A stretch of 32,000 nucleotides of DNA from Delftia acidovorans NBRC 14950 (GTDB lineage: Bacteria > Pseudomonadota > Gammaproteobacteria > Burkholderiales > Burkholderiaceae_C): NCBI RefSeq assembly GCF_001598795.1, contig NZ_BCZP01000024.1, positions 30,001 to 62,000 of the forward strand, read 5' to 3'. Each line of letters opens with the position of its first letter. Position 1 is the first letter of the stretch. A model generated the notes under the pieces. That model worked only from the letters and a program-made list of their open reading frames with translations. It was not told the origin of the DNA and searched no databases. This document shows positions 27,637-32,000 of this stretch, piece after piece. Position numbers and translations under genes: made by a program.

Positions 27637-30162
27637 TCAGAGCCTGTAGCTGAGCGTCACGGCCACCGAGCGCGGTGCCCCGTAGCGCGCCAGGCCCCCC
27701 GACCATGAATAGCCAAGATCCTGGTAGTAGCGGCGGTCCAGCAGGTTGTCCACGCTCAGCTGCACATGGGCATTGGCATTGACCTGGTAGCCCACGCCCA
27801 GGCCCAGCAGGGCGTAGCTGCGCTGCGTGGTCTCGAAGCCGGTTTCGCGGCGGAACATCTTGCTTTGCGCATGCAGCGATCCGTACAGGCTCCAGCGCCC
27901 GTACTCGCCGGGCAGGCGATAGCTGGTGTAGAGCTTGAGCAGGTGCTGGGGCTCGTCGGTGCTCACGCGCTGGCCGATGTTGGTGGCAATCCGGTCCTTG
28001 GTGTAGCGCGCCCGCACATAGGTGTAGCCGGCCGAAACCTGCCAGCCGGGCTGCAGCAGTCCGGACAGCTGCAACTCCAGGCCATCGCTTTGGATCTCGC
28101 CCGCCGCGCGAAAGCAACTGATGGCGCCGCTGGTGGGGCAATTGGCATCGTCACGCACGGCACGGTTGCGTTGCGTGATGCGGAACACCGAGGCGCTGGC
28201 ATGGAGTCGCCCTTCAAAGTACTCGCCCTTGGCGCCCAGCTCGTAGTTGGTGCCTGTCATCGGGTCCAGGGTGTTGCCCCGCACGTCCATCGAGCTTTGG
28301 GGCTGGTAGCTCTGTGTCAGGCTGGCATAGACCGAATGCCTGTCATCCACGTCATAGACCAGGCCCGCATAGGGAACGAACTTGGCACTCTCGTCCAGGC
28401 TGCGCTTCCAGTTGGGCGTGCCGGTGTACCAGCCCGTCGTGTCCTGCTCGTACCAGCCCAGACGCCCGCCCAGAATCAGGTGCAGCGGATCGGCCAGGCT
28501 GAAGTTGCCGCTGGCGTAGATGGCTTTTTCGCGCGTCTTGCGGCCCCACAGGTCGCCATTGGCAGGCACTGAGCCGGTCCAGGGCGCGGAGTAGGGATTC
28601 CAGTTCGCAATGTCGACGATGCGCGAGGCCGACGACCCCCAGGTCTCGGCCGCACGCGAGCTGTCATTGCGGTAGCTGGCGCCCACGGCGATCTCGTGCG
28701 TGCGCCCGAACCACTTGACCGGGCCCCGGGCGCGCAGGTCGGCCACGGTCTGGCGTGTGCCGTAGCGCCAGCCCGTCTCGGACTGCTCCAGCTGTGTGGT
28801 CGATCCCGCGAAGCGGCTGTTGGTGGTATTTCGGATGTCGGAATCGGCCTCGACATGGTTGATGCCCAGCTTGACCGTCCAGCCGTTGCGCAGGCGCTGC
28901 TCCAGATCAACGAACACGCCATCGTTGTCGCGGTTCTGGAAAGACTCCGCGTTGTTGAGGAAGGTGGAGTGCGGCAGGTCCATGTGGCCGCCATCGGGCA
29001 GGGTGGGCAGGCCCGTGAACACGCCCTTGGTGCGCGTGCGCTGGCGGTAGGCGCCCAGGCCCAGCGTGGAGTCGGGCGTGAGGTCCGCTTCCACGATGCC
29101 GTACAGGCTGGCATTGCGGGTGTTGGTGACATCGACAAAGCTGTCGCTGTCGCGCCAGCCGCCCACCACGCGAGCGCGCACGCTGCCGCTGGCATTGAGC
29201 GCACGGCTTGCGTCCAGCGAGGCCTGGCGGTTGTTCCAGCTGCCCAGGCCCAGCGTGGCATTGAGCAGCGGCTGGGCCGTAGGGCGCTTGCGCACCAGGT
29301 TGACCGAGCCCGAAGGCGCGCCCACGCCATCCATCAGGCCCGTGGCGCCGCGCACCACCTCCACGCGGTCATACATCAGCAGGTCGGCCGAGACATTGCG
29401 CGAATTGAAGCCCGTCACGTCCAGCGGCAGGCCGTCCACATTCACATGCTCCAGCGCAAATCCGCGCGCGTAGAAGGTGGACTCCGAATCGGTCACGGCC
29501 GGATTCTTGGCGTACAGCCCGGGCGTGACCTTGGCAATGTCCTGCAGGGTGCTCAGGTGGAAGTCATCCATTTGCTGGCGCGTCACCACGCTCACGGACT
29601 GCGGCGTCTGGCGCTGCGACAGGTTCAGCCCCGTGGCGCTGGCCATGCTGGGCGTGGTGTATGAGCCCGTGCCTTCCGTGGCGCTGCTGCGCTCCGCATC
29701 GGCCGTCACATTGACGGTTTGCAGCGTGCTGGCGGAAGACGGTGGGGTGGGGCCTGCCGCAGCAGGCAAGGGCGCGGCAGCCTTCAGTGAAAAGCCTCCG
29801 CCAGGCTGCTGCACGGCTGCCACGCCGCTGCCCGCCAGCAGTTGCTGCAACCCGGCAGACACGCCGTGGCTGCCGGTCAGCCCGCCCGTGCGCAGGCCCG
29901 CCACCAGTGCCGGGTCATAGGACAGGCTGACGCCCGCTGCGCGGGAGAAGCGATCCAGTGCCGCATCGAGCGGACCTGCTGCAATGCTGAAATCGCGCGT
30001 GAGCGCTCCGGCCTGGCCTGTGGCCGTCTGCGCCCATGCTGCGCCTGCAGGCGCCAGGGTCGACATCGCCATGCCGATGACGGCGGCTTGCACAAGGGTG
30101 ACAAGCGGGCGGGGACGCCACTGCGGTTGGCTACCGGGCCTGGGCGGGTGATGACGGGACAT
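27637..30162 (-). CDS. TonB-dependent siderophore receptor with an N-terminal signalling (STN) domain, FecA/FpvA-like
   Basis: 841 aa. After the signal peptide there is an STN domain (FSIAAGPLDAALDRFSRAAGVSLSYDP...GLTGSHGVSAGLQQLLAGSG), then the plug and barrel, ending ...VTLSYRL. AGGAGA lies 7 nt before ATG 30162. Confidence 0.92.
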   Translation of the reverse strand: MSRHHPPRPGSQPQWRPRPLVTLVQAAVIGMAMSTLAPAGAAWAQTATGQAGALTRDFSIAAGPLDAALDRFSRAAGVSLSYDPALVAGLRTGGLTGSHGVSAGLQQLLAGSGVAAVQQPGGGFSLKAAAPLPAAAGPTPPSSASTLQTVNVTADAERSSATEGTGSYTTPSMASATGLNLSQRQTPQSVSVVTRQQMDDFHLSTLQDIAKVTPGLYAKNPAVTDSESTFYARGFALEHVNVDGLPLDVTGFNSRNVSADLLMYDRVEVVRGATGLMDGVGAPSGSVNLVRKRPTAQPLLNATLGLGSWNNRQASLDASRALNASGSVRARVVGGWRDSDSFVDVTNTRNASLYGIVEADLTPDSTLGLGAYRQRTRTKGVFTGLPTLPDGGHMDLPHSTFLNNAESFQNRDNDGVFVDLEQRLRNGWTVKLGINHVEADSDIRNTTNSRFAGSTTQLEQSETGWRYGTRQTVADLRARGPVKWFGRTHEIAVGASYRNDSSRAAETWGSSASRIVDIANWNPYSAPWTGSVPANGDLWGRKTREKAIYASGNFSLADPLHLILGGRLGWYEQDTTGWYTGTPNWKRSLDESAKFVPYAGLVYDVDDRHSVYASLTQSYQPQSSMDVRGNTLDPMTGTNYELGAKGEYFEGRLHASASVFRITQRNRAVRDDANCPTSGAISCFRAAGEIQSDGLELQLSGLLQPGWQVSAGYTYVRARYTKDRIATNIGQRVSTDEPQHLLKLYTSYRLPGEYGRWSLYGSLHAQSKMFRRETGFETTQRSYALLGLGVGYQVNANAHVQLSVDNLLDRRYYQDLGYSWSGGLARYGAPRSVAVTLSYRL

Positions 30163-30263
30163 GCTGGGTTCTCCTGGATGGAATACGGGAAAGGATTGAA
30201 GGACTCATTCCCAGGCCGTACAAAAATCCGGATCCCCTCACTTTTTCTGAAAAAAAGTGGAAA

Positions 30264-31256
30264 TCACTGGCCGGATGCCGGCCCCACATGAACCCACCAG
30301 CGCGTGCGCCGGCTGATGCTCACGGGCTGCGTCTGCGCGATGAGCTGCAGCACCTGCTCGGTCTGGCGCACATGGAAGGTGCCCGACAGGCGCAGGCCTG
30401 CCACGCGATCATCGCAACTGATGTGCCCATGGCGGTAGCGCCCCAGTTCCGCCAGAAGGTCACCCAGGCGGATGGCCCGGCCTGCCATCACGCCATCTGC
30501 CCAGTCGTCCGCACCAAAGTCCGGGTGAGGTGCCGGGGTACTGGCATCGGCCGACAGCCACCACGGCGAGCCGGGCATCGCCGTTTGCCGTGCGGCGCTG
30601 TCGGCGGCCTTTGCAGGCGTCAGCCGTACGGCGCCTTCCTGCACGCTGACAAGGGCCCGATGCTTGTGCAGCCTGACCACAAAGCGCGTGCCCAGGGCCT
30701 GCAGATCGCCAAACGGCGTGCGCACCCTGAAGGGCCGGTGGCCGGGTGCAGTCTCGTCGGCGCCCGTGGTCACCAGGATTTCCCCACGGCTGAGCACCAC
30801 CAGGCGCTGCTGCGGGTCCAGCTCCGTGCGGATGGCCGTGTCCGTGTTGAGCACGATGGTGCTGCCATCGTCCAGCCTGACGGTGCGCTGCTCGCCCACC
30901 GAGGTGCTGGCGCTGGCCAGCAGGCGCTGCCAAGGCGTGTGGCTGTAGGCCATCCAGCCCGTTGCCGTGGCGATTCCGGACAAGGACAGCAGCTTGAGGG
31001 CGCGGCGGCGCGAGACGCTGCGGGACTGGCGCATGCGCTGCGCTGCATCCAGCGTGTCCAGTGCCAGGCGTTGCGGCATGCGGCCAAAGTCGGTCCTCAG
31101 TGATTGCACCCGATCCCAGGCCAGGGCGTGGGCGGGCTGCGCATGCAGCCATTGCTCGAAGGCCTGCCGTGTGGCGGGGCTGGGCGTGTTGAAGTCCAGC
31201 CGTACGGACCACTGGATGGCTTCGTCGATCAGGCCGGGCGAAAGATCGCTGCTCAT
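30264..31256 (-). CDS. FecR-family anti-sigma / signal-transducer protein
   Basis: Has an N-terminal anti-sigma segment (IDEAIQWSVRL...FEQWLHAQPAHALAWDRV), one TM and the FecR periplasmic domain. ATG 31256 overlaps the sigma-factor stop (ATGA). Confidence 0.9.
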   Translation of the reverse strand: MSSDLSPGLIDEAIQWSVRLDFNTPSPATRQAFEQWLHAQPAHALAWDRVQSLRTDFGRMPQRLALDTLDAAQRMRQSRSVSRRRALKLLSLSGIATATGWMAYSHTPWQRLLASASTSVGEQRTVRLDDGSTIVLNTDTAIRTELDPQQRLVVLSRGEILVTTGADETAPGHRPFRVRTPFGDLQALGTRFVVRLHKHRALVSVQEGAVRLTPAKAADSAARQTAMPGSPWWLSADASTPAPHPDFGADDWADGVMAGRAIRLGDLLAELGRYRHGHISCDDRVAGLRLSGTFHVRQTEQVLQLIAQTQPVSISRRTRWWVHVGPASGQ

Positions 31257-31783
31257 GCCCCGAAGCGCAGTGCGTAGCAGTGGCGCAGGGCCGTGGCAAT
31301 GTAGCGCTCGGCCGTGGCCAGGGACACGCCCAGTCGTTCGGCGATCTGCGGGCAGGTGAGTCCTTCCAACTGCGCCCACAGAAAGGCGCTGCGCACCCGG
31401 GGCTTCAAGGCATCCAGCATGCGGTCTATGGCGACCAGGGTTTCCAGGAAGATCAGCCGGCTTTCCGGCGAAGGGGCCTGCGCCTCGGGCATGAGGGCCA
31501 GGGTCTCCAGCCAGGCACGTTCCAGCTCGCGGCGGCGCCAGTGGTCCACCAGCAGGCCATGGGCAATGGTGCTCAGGTAGGCGCGGGGCTGGCGCAGGCC
31601 GGTTGCGTCAGGGCCGGGTTGGCGGGTGAGCAGGCGCATGAACACGTCCTGCGCCATGTCGGCCGCGTCGAAGGAGTCGCCCAACCGGCGCCGCAACCAG
31701 CCCTGCAGCCAGTTCTGGTGGCTGTGGTACAGGCTTTCCACGCTGGTTGCCGCCTTGGCGGACTGGGAAATCTGCGCGTCCAT
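31253..31783 (-). CDS. ECF sigma factor, FecI-like iron-starvation group
   Basis: Has region 2 (LYHSHQNWLQGWLRRRLGDSFDAADMAQDVFMRLL) and region 4 (LEGLTCPQIAERLGVSLATAERYI). It is followed by FecR and an STN-type receptor. The ATG is 31783; TTG 31807 is also possible. Confidence 0.9.
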   Translation of the reverse strand: MDAQISQSAKAATSVESLYHSHQNWLQGWLRRRLGDSFDAADMAQDVFMRLLTRQPGPDATGLRQPRAYLSTIAHGLLVDHWRRRELERAWLETLALMPEAQAPSPESRLIFLETLVAIDRMLDALKPRVRSAFLWAQLEGLTCPQIAERLGVSLATAERYIATALRHCYALRFGA

Positions 31784-31881
31784 GGAGCGTCCATTCAACG
31801 AATGCAATCACGGGGCTCGTCATGCATTGCGAAGGGCCGGCGGCGGCTGCGTCCATGGCGTGAGCTAACGAGAAAGGCGTG

Positions 31882-31911
31882 ATTATAGATTTGGTAATGA
31901 GAATGAATCGC
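31882..31911 (-). promoter_or_regulatory. Candidate fecI promoter: perfect -10 TATAAT (31887-31882) with an adjacent Fur-box-like sequence (31893-31911)
   Basis: The plus strand GGTAATGAGAATGAATCGC matches the consensus GATAATGATAATCATTATC at 13 of 19 positions, with the first two GATAAT hexamers at 5/6 each. It lies just upstream of, and overlapping the -35 region of, a TATAAT on the gene strand, about 100 nt upstream of the sigma-factor ATG. Confidence 0.5.
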
Positions 31912-32000
31912 AAATGAGGCGCAGGCACAACCATTCGCACGCGGGCAGGCCGCGCGCGAGGCTGCATGTTCCGCGTCAGCCGTTCAGCTGCACAGAACGA

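Noticed and set aside
30185-30211. Possible FecI-dependent promoter for the STN receptor: GGAAT ... CGT on the minus strand
   Set aside because: The spacer is 19 nt and the match rests on very short elements. I cannot support it without a transcription start site or orthologous alignment.

Overview
High-GC chromosomal segment, probably beta-proteobacterial and Comamonadaceae-like; that placement is an inference from protein families and GC3 codon bias only. I call about 33 protein-coding genes. I see no rRNA, tRNA, CRISPR array, transposase, integrase or recognisable defence genes. Many long ORFs in the supplied track are antisense shadow ORFs typical of GC-rich DNA. The track also uses TTG/GTG as 'M', so several starts were re-derived by hand.

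The core of the window is a metal-homeostasis neighbourhood with three parts:
- Zinc: a zinc-starvation operon (zur, COG0523 GTPase, folE2, L36 paralog, gamma-carbonic-anhydrase-like gene) behind a near-perfect palindromic Zur box. The 49-aa L36 paralog is missing from the ORF track.
- A canonical fur gene directly downstream of that operon.
- Copper (inferred): a minus-strand cluster of DUF192, DUF2946 (CxxC), TonB-dependent transporter and PepSY-TM protein, followed by a translationally coupled MarR / AlkD-like pair. This resembles a copper-responsive uORF-controlled uptake operon.

This neighbourhood lies between two structurally unrelated NADP-isocitrate dehydrogenase genes, one monomeric and one dimeric.

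Other content:
- Right end: a FecI/FecR/FecA-type cell-surface-signalling iron uptake module with a candidate Fur box.
- Left end: a truncated amiE amidase preceded by a strong leader terminator, a GntP permease, and a divergent cytochrome P450 / AraC pair separated by a degenerate 9-bp tandem repeat.
- Remaining genes: RRM RNA-binding protein, DsbA-like protein, retropepsin-like protease, serine hydrolase, SelU, and a LysE/MocR pair.

I did not find a convincing wholly new system. The most interesting items are the extended DUF2946 cluster, the architecture of the Zur operon, and a few unexplained repeats and palindromes.
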